Shown: positions 1-13,714, numbered from the stretch's first letter. The stretch: 64,000 nt of DNA from Octopus sinensis (GCF_006345805.1 NC_043005.1:37758001-37822000), one strand, 5' to 3'. The notes: a model not told the origin generated them from the letters alone. Numbers and translations: made by a program.

Positions 1-989
1 TACCAACTGTATGATATCCACTTCTCTCTTGGTGTATTAATAACGATTGCTTTTGACAAGGTAATTTTGGTTTGAGACAACTAGAGACATTTCCACTAAC
101 TTCAGTATTATTGGAATCCCACTAGCCATATGGTTCTAAAGGGCATCGCAACAAGACTTATCGTATTGTAGCACTTTTAAGACATGTTAACCAGGAAAGT
201 CCATTTCTTCATGTAGGTATGATCAGGTTGTAGTGAGATACATGAAGTTATGGATGTTTGTAGGAGTGGCAGTAGTAGTTATGCGAGCATTTTAGTAGTC
301 AATCTTGCTGGCAGTGTCAATGTAGTAGGAGTGCTGACATCAGTGTTTAAGGGTTTTCACAAGAAAAAAATTAGGTGAAAAATATAGTAGTGGTGACGGT
401 GGTAGTAGTGGCTGTTTGCAGTAATAAACGTATTTTCAGAGTAGCAGAAAAGATAGAATTTATATTTGTTTCAGAAAGAATGTTACTATTGTTGTAACAG
501 CTCCAGGCTAAGGAATGGTTTAGTCGCATATAATTCACTTTAGTTCTTGTAAAGGTTATTGGTGATAAATGATGAAAACATTTTGTTATGAAAATCATAT
601 TCTAGTTTAGGGACAATGTTGTTAAGGAGTAAAATCCTACTTTAGTGGACATTATCTCTTACCGTTTCTTTTGTCTTCCTTCGTCTCTGTTTTGTGTTCT
701 GCCACTCTTTATCATCCTATCATTAAAACTTCTAAATTAATGCTTTCCAAATGTTTTAACTCAAAACGCTTTTCCTTTACAAACACTTTGTCAATAACAC
801 CCCTGGTGTGATTCAACAAAATTATGTAAACTTTAAAAAATTGCTGCAGTTGATCAGTTGGCTATCATTAAAAAAAAGATTACTTCTATGTAAGTCATTT
901 CATCAATATATATGGTATATCACAGCATCGTTTCAACTATAAATCTTACCAGAGGATTAGCATGCATGATATAAATTGAAAATAACCAT

Positions 990-1170
990 CTTTATCAATT
1001 CACATCTGCTTCCCATGGTTGGACTGTTTGACAGGATTTGGTAAGCCACTAAGCCATATTGAGCTCCAATGTCAGCTTTGGTACGGTTTCTACAGCTGGA
1101 TGCCCTTCCTAATACCAACCACTTTAGAAAGTGATCTGGGTGCTTTTCTTTTTGTAACGGTGGCTTTACT
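990..1170 (-). mobile_element. Degenerate RTE-LINE 3'UTR/tail fragment
   Basis: Shares tttctacagctggatgcccttcctaa..ccaaccact with the RTE 3'UTR seen attached to an RT ORF at 51221-52025. Confidence 0.6.
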
Positions 1171-2183
1171 GAGGTCACCAAGTAAATTGCAAGACAGAAA
1201 AAGGACAGAGAAAAGGGAGAAAAGCATTCATTACTTATTAAAAGATGCACTTTTTTGTACCCCTCCTCACTAACCTCTTTGACCCCAGGATTTTGTGTAA
1301 AATTTCCCACCACCCACTTCAAGAACTACTGATGTAAGTTGACGTATATTCCTATGTAATTGTTAATTTCAATGAAAAATTTTGACAACAATGTAAACAA
1401 AATAAAAAATGTTAATGGAGGAAATTATGAAGATGATGAAAATAAGGATTAAATTTATAGAAAGTGGATTTCATGATAAAGGAAATCCAGTAAGCCTCTA
1501 CAAACAGGTCACTCTAGTATATACAGTAAAATGGATTTTCTCATATGAGAGTGAATCATCATGTAACATACGACTTTGTTACCATGGAAACAGTATCTCT
1601 ACATGTTAAGAACACAAACTGAATAAAATTACAATGAGCATGTTAGGTTATATATGATCCAGTCATCTATTAGTAATAATTATTCACAGTTATGTTGGAT
1701 GGATCATATATCGTATTTAATGTACACAGTATGTAGTAAACTTGAGGCTCTGGGCACCAAAACCTGAAGATTACTTGGTGACATTAGGCATGTTCTAAAA
1801 ACCTGCCTAGACTAAGTATCTAATGTATGAAACTATAAGTAGCTCATAATTACATATTGTGAACATTAAATGAAATCTGTCTCTCACCAGATGGAATACT
1901 TTTTTGTTGATCTTACCTTAACAGAAAAGTAAAAGTATACATATATATGTATGTATGTACATACGTTCGTTCATTCGTTCATTAAATTAATGTGTAAAAT
2001 ACCTAAACATCTGAGTATTCCATGATTACAGGTACCCTTAACATAATCTTCTAGCAGAATCAGCCTGGTACAATTTGTGATAAGCCTGACTTCTGAATTA
2101 AAGATACAATTCATCTGATTCATCTGTAATATATATTTATGCATATACACATATATATGTATGTGTGTATATATATATATAGC

Positions 2184-2216
<33 letters not shown>
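2184..2216. repeat. (TAGA)n microsatellite
   Basis: Direct reading. Confidence 0.95.
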
Positions 2217-2217
<1 letters not shown>

Positions 2218-2396
2218 TACTTATTGAAAAGCATCAGAAATATAAAAAAAACTGTTACTCAGAGTTTCACATTCCCATTCACCAGACAGTTTTCAATAAA
2301 GCATATTACTCTACCTCCAATATCCGAGTACTATATTTTCCATCTTGTTTTGCATTTATGTGCTTACTCCAGTATACACACACACACACACATATA

Positions 2397-2429
<33 letters not shown>

Positions 2430-2495
2430 AACACCTAGTTATAAAATCTCTGTAAAATATGAAAGCAGTAACTGAACTTGAACTGACAATTAATG

Positions 2496-2648
2496 GTTGT
2501 CACCACTTCAACATGGCTGTTCAGCATGAACAGATGTTACTGCAATTTCTTAACCGCAAGAGGACACTTCCTCTAGCTGGTTAACAACGCAACCTGCATC
2601 TGATATGTAACGTCCGTTTGTATAGAACAGCCAGGTTGAAGTGACAAC
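2496..2648. mobile_element. Small inverted-repeat (MITE-like) element
   Basis: cacttcaacatggctgttc (2504-2522) matches the reverse complement of gaacagccaggttgaagtg (2625-2643) at 18/19; outer gttgt/acaac also pair. Confidence 0.45.
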
Positions 2649-2698
2649 AAAATTTATATGTATGTATATATATAATGTTTGTCATTATATACATATAC

Positions 2699-2730
<32 letters not shown>

Positions 2731-2765
2731 ATATATATATACATACATATATATATATATATATA

Positions 2766-2795
<30 letters not shown>

Positions 2796-2800
<5 letters not shown>

Positions 2801-2821
2801 TATATCTTGAAGCCATGATAA

Positions 2822-2856
<35 letters not shown>

Positions 2857-2878
2857 TATATCTTGAAGCCATGATAAA

Positions 2879-2915
<37 letters not shown>

Positions 2916-2937
2916 TATATCTTGAAGCCATGATAAA

Positions 2938-2941
<4 letters not shown>
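2796..2941. repeat. Three copies of a 30-31 bp unit separated by (TA)n spacers
   Basis: tgtattatatcttgaagccatgata(a)agtga at 2796, 2852 and 2911. Confidence 0.9.
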
Positions 2942-2992
<51 letters not shown>

Positions 2993-3510
2993 GTATGTAT
3001 ATATATGAGTGTGTGTGTATATATATGTTTGTATGTATACATTCATATGTGCATAAGTGTTCGTGGCTGTATAATATATATAACCATTTTGAAATACATT
3101 CGTTTTTTATGAAATGAAAGATGGCCGTATCTCCACAAGTTTATGCCAAAGCTACTCACAAGTCTTTTATAGAAGATTGAGTAGGGTTTAGTTAAGCCTT
3201 AAAAAACAACCTCCATTATCTACTACTGGCAGAATGACAAATATACCTGACATGATCTGTTTCAACAGTTTTTAGAAAGGAAATTTTCTTTCCTCAATAA
3301 AATATAGACATTGAAAACCCAAGCTGTTTCGACTATAAACTGCATTGCAGCTAGAATTTTTTAGGAAACAAAGAAGAAAAAAATAACTCAGCTATGACAA
3401 TGCAAAATTTAAGCTGGTATAAGAAAAAATAAATTAATGCATGAAAGCATGTGCAAACTCAAATAAATTTTCCAACATGTTTACTATCAACCATGGAAAA
3501 AAAATCACTA

Positions 3511-3548
<38 letters not shown>

Positions 3549-3789
3549 TGATGGCAATGATGATGATGATGACAGTTGGGACGATGATCTTACTTCCTAT
3601 CTTAAAGCATTGCAGAAACAGATTTGTAAGCTTTTCTGTCTTGAACACTTAAGACATAGCCATATTTATACCTGTATTTCTCCTTTATCTACTTCTCTAG
3701 GTTTGTCTGTTTGCATTCTTCACCACAATTCTCTCTTTCCTTCTTTCTCTCTTTCTCTCTCTCTCTTCTGTGTGTGTGTGTATATATAT

Positions 3790-4160
3790 TCTTTTATTCT
3801 TTGTTTCTTCCTTGTTTCAGTCATCTGACTGTGGCTATGCCGGGCCACCACCTTTACTCGAATGAATCGACCCCAGGACTTATTTTTTGTAAGCCTAGTA
3901 CCTATTTTACTGGTCTCTTTGGCAAAACTGCTAGGTTATGGGAATGTAAACCGACCAACATCAGTTGTCAAGCGACGGTGGGGGACAAACACACACATAT
4001 AAACGATGGGTTTCTTTCAGTTTCTGTCTACAGAATCCACGCACAAGGCTTTGGTCAGCCTGAGGCTATAGTAGAAGACACTTACCCATGGTGCAACATT
4101 GTGGAGCTGAACCCAGAACCATGTGGTTGGGAAGCAAGCTTCTTACCGCGCAGCCATGCC
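3790..4160 (-). mobile_element. tRNA-derived SINE family A, near full length
   Basis: Reverse complement of the copy at 14041-14419 (head, central microsatellite, tail). Confidence 0.85.
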
Positions 4161-4225
4161 CGTACCTATACATATATATATATATGTATCTATATATATA
4201 TATATGTATACACACATATACATGC

Positions 4226-4271
<46 letters not shown>

Positions 4272-4317
4272 GTACATACAAATTTGTTGATACATGCAAA
4301 CAAATATATATATATAT

Positions 4318-4500
4318 AGGTGCAAGCATGGCTGTATCATTGTGTGATTAAAAAGCTTGAATTGTCGCCATCTGTTTTGGTTTTTTGTTCAGTCTCACTG
4401 TATGCAACTTGGGTAAGTGTCTTCGACTACAGCTACATGCTGATCAACACTTGGTGAGTAAATCTGGTAAATAGAAACTTAAAGAATCCCAGCATATAAT

Positions 4501-4566
<66 letters not shown>

Positions 4567-4970
4567 TGGTGTGTGTGTGTGTGTGTGTATGTGTGTGTGT
4601 ACATACATACACACACACACTTACAAGTGCAAGCATGTGTGGTAAGAAGCTTGCTTCCCAAATGCATACTTAGCAACTTGTGAATCAATTTCATAGACGG
4701 AAACTGAAAGAAGCCTGTTGTATATATGTATGTGTGTGTGTGTGTCTTTCTATCTATATTTTGTTTGGCCCCCACCACTGCTTCACAACCAGTGTTGGTG
4801 TGTTTGCATCAATGTAAATTAGTGTTCAGCAAAAGAGAGCGAGAAAATAAGTACTAGGTTTACAAAAAAACAGTCATGGGGTTGACTTGTTTGACTAAAA
4901 CCCTTTCAAGGTGGTGCCCCATCATGGCCTCTGTCAAATGACTGAAATAAGTAAAAGATGTAAGCTGTCA
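4318..4970 (+). mobile_element. Two degenerate SINE family A copies (4318-4495 left half; 4625-4970 internally deleted)
   Basis: gaaactgaaagaagcc left-half end and ggtggtgcccc..gtcaaatgactgaaa tail; inverted relative to 3790-4160. Confidence 0.7.
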
Positions 4971-5390
4971 GTTGTTCATAAATCCGAAAAAAAGCACACT
5001 CTAAAAAGTTATATTTTATGTAGTGGTAAAGTATGACCTGTCTGGAAGTTACCCTTGGTTTCATGTCTATTATTGCTTTTAGCAATATGGGAAACTCAGT
5101 GAACCTACTAGCCAGAAGCATATAACTGCATAGTGATGGAAAATAACCTCACTGAAACAAAATTCTTTGAAGCGAAGACACCTTCTAGGTGATATAGTGT
5201 TATCTCCTTTTAAATAGTTCCACTTGTGTTCCAGTTGTGTGCTGTATTCTTACTTCCATTAGTAAAGAAGTTATGTGCCTCTGACCAGCAGGAATGATGG
5301 GTCACTCATATTGCTAAAACCAATAAAAAAAATGTTAAAAGCAACGGTATTCTGAGTGGCCATAACCAGTGACTATATAAAATATAATAT

Positions 5391-6240
5391 GAAGCTTGCT
5401 TCCTAACCACATGTTCTTAGATTCAGTCCCACTGTGTGGAACCTTGGGTGAGTGTCTTCTACTATAGCATCAGGCTGACCAAAGCCTTGTGAGTGGATTT
5501 GGTTGACAGAAACTGAAAGAAGCCAGTCATTTATATACATATATATATATATATGATACATTTTATCACTGAAACGGGAGCCAGTCAAGACGCACATAGA
5601 ATGTATCATCCAAACATGGTCGATGGCAGTGTCTCCTGACTGGCTCCCATACTGGTGGCATGTAAAAAGCACCATCCGAATGTGACCAATGCCAGTGCCA
5701 CCTGACTGGCTCTTGTGTCGGTGATATGTAAAGAGCACTATCCAAACGTGACCAATGCCAGGGCCTCCTGACTGTCTCCTGTTCTGGTGGTATGTAAAAA
5801 GCACCCACTACACCCTTGGAGTGGTTGGCGTTAAGAAGGGCATCCACCTGTAGAAACATTGCCAGATCAGACTGGAGCCTGCTGCAACCACAAACTCTCC
5901 AGACCTCAGTTAAATCATCCAACCTGTGCCAGCATGGCAAACAGACTTTAAACAATGATGATGAAGATAATAATGATGATATGTGTGTGTGTGTGTGTAT
6001 TTGTATGTGTGCATATCTGTGTTTGTCTCCCCCCCCCACCCACCACAATTGTTTGACGACCAATGCTGGTGTGTTTGTGTTCCTGTAACTTCTCAGTTCA
6101 GGAAAACAGATTGATAGAATAAGTACTAAGCTCAGAAAGAATATGTTCTGGTGTCCCTTTCTTTGACTGAAAATGCCCTAAGGTGGTGCTGCAGCATGGC
6201 CACAGTCAAATGACTGAGACAAGTAAAAGAATAAAAGAAT
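5391..6240 (+). mobile_element. SINE family A split by an RTE 3'UTR insertion (left half 5391-5528, right half 6015-6240)
   Basis: Both halves match 14041-14419 and are separated by the element at 5575-5980. Confidence 0.8.
5575..5980 (+). mobile_element. 5'-truncated RTE 3'UTR with ~66-bp internal tandem repeats and (GAT)n-like tail
   Basis: catcc.aa..tg.c.aatg.cagtg units at ~5607, 5673, 5738; ends ccaacctgtgccagcatggcaaacagactttaaacaatgatgatg. Confidence 0.8.
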
Positions 6241-6701
6241 ATATCCATACACACACACACATATAGATTTATGGTTTTTGTATGTGTATGTGTGTGTGAT
6301 TTATGGCTTATGCATATGTGAATGGTATGTGTATGTGTGTTTTTGTGTTTGTCTCCACCACCACTGCTTGACAACCAGTGATGGTTTGTTAACATCCCCA
6401 AAATTTGTAAACTGGCAAAAAACACCAATAGATTAAGTTTCAGTCTTGAAAAATAAATGTTGAGGTCAACTTGATCGACAAAATCTCTCAAGGTTGTACT
6501 CTGGCTTGGCTGCAGACCCCTGGTTGAAAAAGGATTTTTAAAAATTATGCACATATTTATGGATTCATTGAGTTACTGTAATATGAATCTGTATTATAAA
6601 CTGATAGAAATGAAGTTGAAAAATCAGTAACTCCATACCGAGAGTATGCATATTGAAATTTGTTGATAGAGATACATATAAAAATGATATCATCGTCATC
6701 A

Positions 6702-6732
<31 letters not shown>

Positions 6733-7355
6733 TAACATGACACACACACACACATGCATGCACACAAATGGGTATCTTCTCTGCACTTCGATGTTTCAAT
6801 AAACAATTTTGTTTGACAAAACTTTCTTAACTGTATTTTAATCAGTGTTTGCCAGAAGAATGCAACAACTTTGATCTTGCAAAACAACTAAATATTTCAT
6901 AATCATGCAAAATCAATATGATTCTTTCTCGGTTCTTTTTTTCTTTTATTTCTTCATTTCTTCTTCTAGTTACTGTTTTCTTTACTCTTTTTTGTTTTAA
7001 ATTTCATTCTATTATCTTTTTTTCTTACTCAATACAATATGTCAGACAAAATATTGTCTTTTTTCCAAGTCAAATATTTGAGTTGATGAAGCAGTGTAAA
7101 TCAATAAATAACAACCTACACTTTATGTGATAGATATACAAGGGTATATATTTAGACACTATATATATATATACTCATGGTGAGCTTCAAATTTGTGCCT
7201 ATTTCATATTTTTGGTGCTGTGAGTAAATTTCGGAAATCTTCATTTAAACGTGGAACATTTATTCTATTAATATGTGCTTTATATAACATTTATTAAATA
7301 AAATAAGTTTACAGGATATCAATGCAAGCTGTTTAGGGTTAGTGATGTTTTGTTG

Positions 7356-7396
<41 letters not shown>

Positions 7397-7616
7397 AAGG
7401 TGGTGAGCTGGCAAAATTGTCAGCATACCAGGTAGAATGCTTAGCAGCATTTCATCAGTCTTCATGTTCTGCGTTCAAATTCTGCTGAGGTCAACTTTAC
7501 CCTTCATCCTTTTGGGGGCCGATAAAATGAGTGCCAGTTGAGCAATGGGGTTGATGTAATCAATTTACCCCTTTCTACAAAATTGCTGGCCTTGAGCCAA
7601 AACTCGGAACTAATTA

Positions 7617-7659
<43 letters not shown>

Positions 7660-8030
7660 TAAAAAGGCAGAATGCTGACAAAATCATTAGTGTGTTGGAC
7701 AAAATGCTTAATGATATTTCTTCCGGCTCTTTACATTCTGAACTCGCTTCAAAATTGTTTGCCTTGTGTCAGAAATTAGAACGAATTATTATTACTGTCA
7801 AAATAGTTAGCAGCTAGAATTGTTAAGGTATCAGGAACAAAAAGCATTGCAGCATTCATAACAGTCCTTTAGTTTCGATGTTTGAATACTGCCAAAGCCA
7901 GCTTTACCTGTTATCTTTTCAGGATCAATAAAATAAAATACCAGTCAAGTACAGAAGTCAAGATAATTGACTAGCTCTCTCACCACAAAATATCAGGCTC
8001 TGTACTTATAGTAGAAAGAAAAGAAAAGAT
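7397..8030 (+). mobile_element. Three tandem SINE family C copies (7397-7611, 7661-7785, 7800-8030)
   Basis: Head aaggtggtgagctggca, B-box-like gcgttcaaattc, body ctttacccttcatccttttggggccgataaaatgagtgccag; separated by (TTA)n. Confidence 0.75.
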
Positions 8031-8134
8031 TATCATTGTTGTTGTTGTTGTTATTGTTACACAAAAATTATCACATGATAATTTAATTAACAGAGGAACT
8101 TATCCTAAAATTTAGTGACAAAATGTTTCCTCAA

Positions 8135-8557
8135 ATCTTAAGAATCTTTCTTAGGACTCTTACAGGATACAGGATTGTACTTTACTGAAATTTCACATGT
8201 CTCAGTTCTGGTATTCTTCAGCCTCTTCAATAGCAGTTTGGATGTTATGCCAAAAGCATCAATTACCACAGGAATAATTGTCATCTTATTTATCCAAAAT
8301 CTCTTCATTTTCTGGATAGTTTCTGACATTTCTTAGTTTCTGTGATATCCACTCTACTATTGTATAATATTACAAAGTTTATCACCTGACACTTTTTCCT
8401 TTTCTTTTTGGACCTCTACAATCATACATAGCGTTTTTGCACTACCAGTATGGCAAATCTCCATGAAGAAATCCCATTAAAATTTGTAATTATCATTCAC
8501 ATTCACAACCTCTAGCTTATGATTTATACTCCTTTTCTGTCACATCAAATCCATTTT
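8135..8557 (-). mobile_element. Decayed restriction-like-endonuclease non-LTR retrotransposon 3' end (R4/Dong/NeSL-like)
   Basis: With frameshifts the minus strand gives KILMGF (cf. KILWDF), KEKEKCQVINFV..NSRVD, KRFWINKMTIIPVVIDAFGITSKLL (cf. VIPVVVGALG), the motif order of the RLE C-terminus. Confidence 0.65.
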
Positions 8558-8608
8558 ATCATCATCATCATCATCATCATTATTATAATCGTTGTTGTTA
8601 TTGTTGCT

Positions 8609-8814
8609 GAGGTGGTTTAGCTGGCAGAATTGTTAGTACAATGGGTAAAATGCTTAGTGGTATTTTATTCACCCAGTACATTCTGAGTTCAAATTCCACC
8701 AAGGTCAACTTTACCTTTCATCACTTAGAGATTGATAAAATAATGCCAGTTGAGTACTGAAATCAACTAGCCCCTTCATCCAAATTTTCAGACCATGTGC
8801 CTACATGAGAAAGG

Positions 8815-8868
<54 letters not shown>

Positions 8869-9118
8869 TTTATTTTTATTATTATTATTATCATCATCAT
8901 TATTAAAGTGGTGAGATGGCAGAATCATTACCACCTGGGTAAAATGCTTAGTGCTATTTTATCTGTCTTCACATCCTGTGTTCAAATTCTACCAGGCTTG
9001 ACTTAACCTTTCATCCTTTCAGGATTGATAGAATAAGTACCAGCTGAACACTGGGGTTGATGAAATTGACTCATCCCTCACCCCAAATTGCTGCCTTTTT
9101 GGCAAAATTCAAAACCGT
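8609..9118 (+). mobile_element. Two SINE family C copies (8609-8815, 8905-9118)
   Basis: ggtggt..gctggcagaat..ttag head, gagttcaaattcc B-box-like motif, ctttcatcctttcagg..gata.aataagtaccag body; (TTA)n between copies. Confidence 0.85.
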
Positions 9119-10899
9119 TATTATTATTATTATTATTATAATTATTATTATTATTTAATCAAGGTGTTGAGGAAAGAATATGGTGTCTCTGGGCTTTTCA
9201 AGCCTAACAAAGTTGGGGGACACAAGATCTTGGACACCATTCATTTCATAAGCATACTCATTCTTTACTGACCTGATTCTTGCAGCCATTGTGATGCTGA
9301 ATAAACACTTACCTGAATCCTTTCACATGTTCTACGCAGAGTCCTTTACCAGGAATTAGCTCCAGTACAGCTAGAAAGAAACCAATTTACACGTGACATT
9401 ATAAGGCCTATAACAATTTTTACTTTAAAAAACCTTTTTGGTAAACCTTATAATGTGATATGTGAAAATGTAATAGAAATTATAACAGACCAGGAATTTT
9501 ATATACATGACAGTTATGTTTGTGCTTCTATGATGTATTGCTTCTGTTTATGAGTAGTCACAAAGTAGAAATGGTACCTATTTAGCAGCTTCATTGTCTG
9601 AGACAGAATAGAAATTCCTTAAGTGCAATATAATGGAGGATAATGCAAGGCCAATATTAAAGTTTATACCTATGAACTTTGATGGGTTAGTTCAGTACTA
9701 TAATCACCCTTTAAACTGCCAATATATTTAAATATCAGACAGCTAAAATGTTTGTCAAGAATAGTCAGCTTAGTAGAAACACAATCTTTTTGAAACTATC
9801 ACGTTATAAAGTCTGCACATGATATCAGCCTATGGGGATATAAAAGCTATCAATAATTTAATGCTATCTGTATGATTGAGTCATAAAATATGATGAAAAT
9901 GAACAATATGTTTTCGCTAAATATCCTATTTCACTGAAAAACAATGCCTTAAATAACAACACTGTCTTCTTTGTTTTACTTATCCTGGATGTTATTGTCA
10001 ATAGCTGTGTTTTTATAACCACTTTTTCTGATGGATATCAACTATTTTATTTTATGGTGCTATTAGAGTCAATGAAAGAATGATTATATTTCTTCTAGAT
10101 TTATGGTTTATATTTCTATACTTGTGTTTTATCATCCTTTCAGTGTTTGGGAATAAAAAAATAAAACCTTGATGATTGTAATGGAATTTTAGATGAGGTA
10201 ATTATTTTGATACAAAGCATCTAGAAAGTGAGATTTAACACTGAAAGCTATAAGAAAAGAATTAGATTGCATGAGATCCTGCTTGGGTGTGTACCACAGC
10301 AAGGTGCCACTGAAGTCTTATTCTAAATAGAACTATAAAATATTTTTTAGCCAAGAGCAAGCTACTATTTTTAGTATACATCAGTCTGGAGTAGCAAGGT
10401 CTATGATAGTAGTTGTTATGAAAATTAAGTGTAAATAAACGACTTTCAAGAATCAAGCAAGCTATATAGATAGATATATCATCAGTAAGATAGGTGATGA
10501 GTTCAGTGAAAAATTTAGCATGCAGGAATTTAGTATACATAATCAGCCCTCCTCCATTCTCTGTCCTTGTTCTCTCTTTAGTCCCCTTCTTATATCTTGA
10601 AGGTATTCCTTGATTATTTATCACTATAATCCTTTCTCTATTTTCTACTAGGATAGTCATGTATCTTCTCTACAGATTGATACCTGTTCCTCTCCCTCAA
10701 TCATACTTCATTTTTTCAACCCCTGATAAATCAGATTTTCAAACATGCATTCATTTATGCATATATATTCAAAAACGAATCAACATCATACGACATATAT
10801 AAAATTTTCTTTTCACCAATATATATGTCCACATTTGAACTTCCATAATGGAGAATGTGCATATGCACACACACACAGAGTCAGAGAGGGAGAAAGAAA

Positions 10900-10936
10900 T
10901 ATCTGGATATCTGTATACATATACACACATATGCTT

Positions 10937-10971
<35 letters not shown>

Positions 10972-11083
10972 GTGTGTGTGAACCTCTCTCTCTCACTATA
11001 TATATCTGTATATTTATATACATATAATCATATATGTATATATATATTATATATATATATATATAATATATATATATATATGC

Positions 11084-11114
<31 letters not shown>

Positions 11115-11613
11115 GTGTGTATGACGAAAAGAGAGAGAAATAGATAGACAGACAGACAGTAAGATATGCATGTATACGTATTTGCACACATGTATCTATA
11201 TATGTATTTACGAGTGTATGTATGTGTGTGGATATGATCAAATAAAAAAAGGACAAAGTAATCATGACAATAAGAACTAAATATAGAGATGGAAAAAAAC
11301 ACTGCTAACAGAATGACTTCTATTGCTGACCATCACACTGACTGTTTTTCTTCACTTGCTCATATGTATGTCATTTCTTTCTATGACCTTTTCTTCAGAA
11401 TGAAATAAAATATTTTCTTATTGCATTACATTAGTAAAACAATGGTATGGTACAATGTGTACTTTCACACAATATACCACAAATGTTTGTGTATATATAT
11501 ATATATATATATACACATACATGTATGAATATATATACACATATAAATGTATACATACATATATATATACATATAAATCTATATACACAGATACATATAT
11601 ATATATATATATG

Positions 11614-11650
<37 letters not shown>

Positions 11651-11709
11651 GCGCACACATATGTATATATATATATATGCGCACATATATGCATATATAT
11701 ACATATATA

Positions 11710-11773
<64 letters not shown>

Positions 11774-12400
11774 TATATATATATACATATAAATATATTT
11801 ATTTGTATATATATACACATATAACTATATTTATTTGTGTATATATATATATATGTACATATATATGCATACAAACACTTACATACACATATATTTATAT
11901 GTACACACACTTATATGTATATACACCTATATGTATATATTCACATTTATCTCTCTATCTCTCTGTCAATCTGTATGTGCTGAGTACTGTTTCTTCAATC
12001 AGTAGCCATGTTTAGTATTATATATACTTAGATATAGACAGATTGAGACATTATATTTATATATATCCATGTGTGTGTGTTTGTGCATCTATGTTCTTGT
12101 GTAAGAAAATGCTTGCTGTTTTTGTCCAGTTATACATAACACGTTATGTAACAACTCTCAAACAGTTATAAATGTGTACATCCACGCCTACAATGTTTAT
12201 CACATATATGTATAGTTGTGTCTATTTGTCTTTCTACATACACACATGCAGACACACACACACACATACACACACACACACATACACACATACACATACA
12301 CACACACATACACACACACCCACACACACACACATATACCTGCACAAACTCACAACCATACACACACACACAGACTCATATATGCAGATCTGAAATTCTT
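10900..12400. repeat. Compound (TA)n/(CA)n/(TG)n microsatellite field
   Basis: Direct reading; source of the IY/HT/CV ORFs in the track. Confidence 0.95.
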
Positions 12401-12503
12401 TCATGAATAATCTGGTAGAATATGAAATGTAAAGCTTAGTAATATGAAAAAATATCTGTTTAATATTAATAAGTGAGTCTAGAACAATGACATTAATAAC
12501 AGC

Positions 12504-12557
<54 letters not shown>
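12504..12557. repeat. (AAT)n microsatellite
   Basis: Direct reading. Confidence 0.95.
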
Positions 12558-12558
<1 letters not shown>

Positions 12559-13658
12559 TGTACAAGTGAAATAAACTTAGAATCATAAGAATAAACATAT
12601 CCAAAGAACAGAGTAAAAATATCACTGTTCTCAAATACAGTGCTAAAGAAAAAGACTGAAATTTGAAGTCTTGTTTCCACATATTGGCAAAGTAAGCAAT
12701 GGTTAAAGCTTAAAAATTTTATATGTAGTTTTGTTCCAAATGTTGTCATGGTCAAAAGAACTGAAGTCTTAACTGTTCAATTTTAAAGGCATAATTATAA
12801 GCAGAATTAATTGGTGCAGTTATTACAGCATCAGACAGAATATTTTGTTGTGTTTTTCTGATTATTTGTGCTTTCAGTTCAAATCCCACCGAGGCTTATG
12901 TGGGTCATGGTCTTAAGCCACTGCTTAGTTTAGTACCTTCAGTGTATGTAGTGGATTTCATTATGTTACAAGCATTCAGGCTAAGTCTCAGATTTGAGAA
13001 AATCTTTCTTCCTCCTACCACCACTTGTCTTCAAGGCCTTTGAAATGTCATAGCCGCTTTAGTACCTGAGGTATATATATATAGTCTTGCTTTGCTTGCT
13101 GCTAGTTGAAAGAAGCAGAACTAAAAAGTGGTGAAAATTTATCACATTTTCCAAGAGGGAAAGAAGTGTTGACTTTCATAGAACAATATCAATTGAAAAA
13201 TGTCAGCTGTTGCATGCATACATGTCTGTCATTTTCTGGTCTGAAAAATGGGACAACCACATTGCCAATTTGTGTTTTCTTTCATAAGGACAGTTACCAA
13301 ATATTTCCCTTTTGAAGTTCAAGCAGGCAACCAGATCATGAAACTTTTTAGAATGAATTTTGTTTCAGCCAAACGTGAATAGCATAACTATTCAGATATG
13401 GCTTCAGCTGTTCAAACAGTTAAACAAATCCAGCAATCCAGGACAATATATATATATATAAGGTGTATACCTTTGGCATATAAGAGGTTATGTATTTCTG
13501 GCCAGTCTGGTGGTTTATCAACATTGCCATGTGCAGCAGGGGACACAAAATAGTCAGTAACAATCTGACCAGTCAAATATCATTACCAGCAATATACTAC
13601 ATGACAATATAAAAATATAAAAATACATCTGCTCTATTTTTCTTTTAGGTAGTGCTTT

Positions 13659-13714
<56 letters not shown>

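Noticed and set aside
1-600. Thr-rich minus-strand ORF (371-598) as a mucin exon or retroelement ORF
   Set aside because: Stops in all frames downstream, no recognisable motif or convincing splice sites; may be decayed repeat.
1461-1489. 29-nt micro-exon candidate (ESGFHDKGNP) with gtaagc donor
   Set aside because: Poor polypyrimidine tract and its end phase does not match the phase-1 sushi exon.
2796-2941. CRISPR array
   Set aside because: Spacers are pure (TA)n, the context is eukaryotic and there are no cas genes.
9396-9456. 11-bp inverted repeat acattataagg/ccttataatgt
   Set aside because: Short and AT-rich; expected by chance in this composition.
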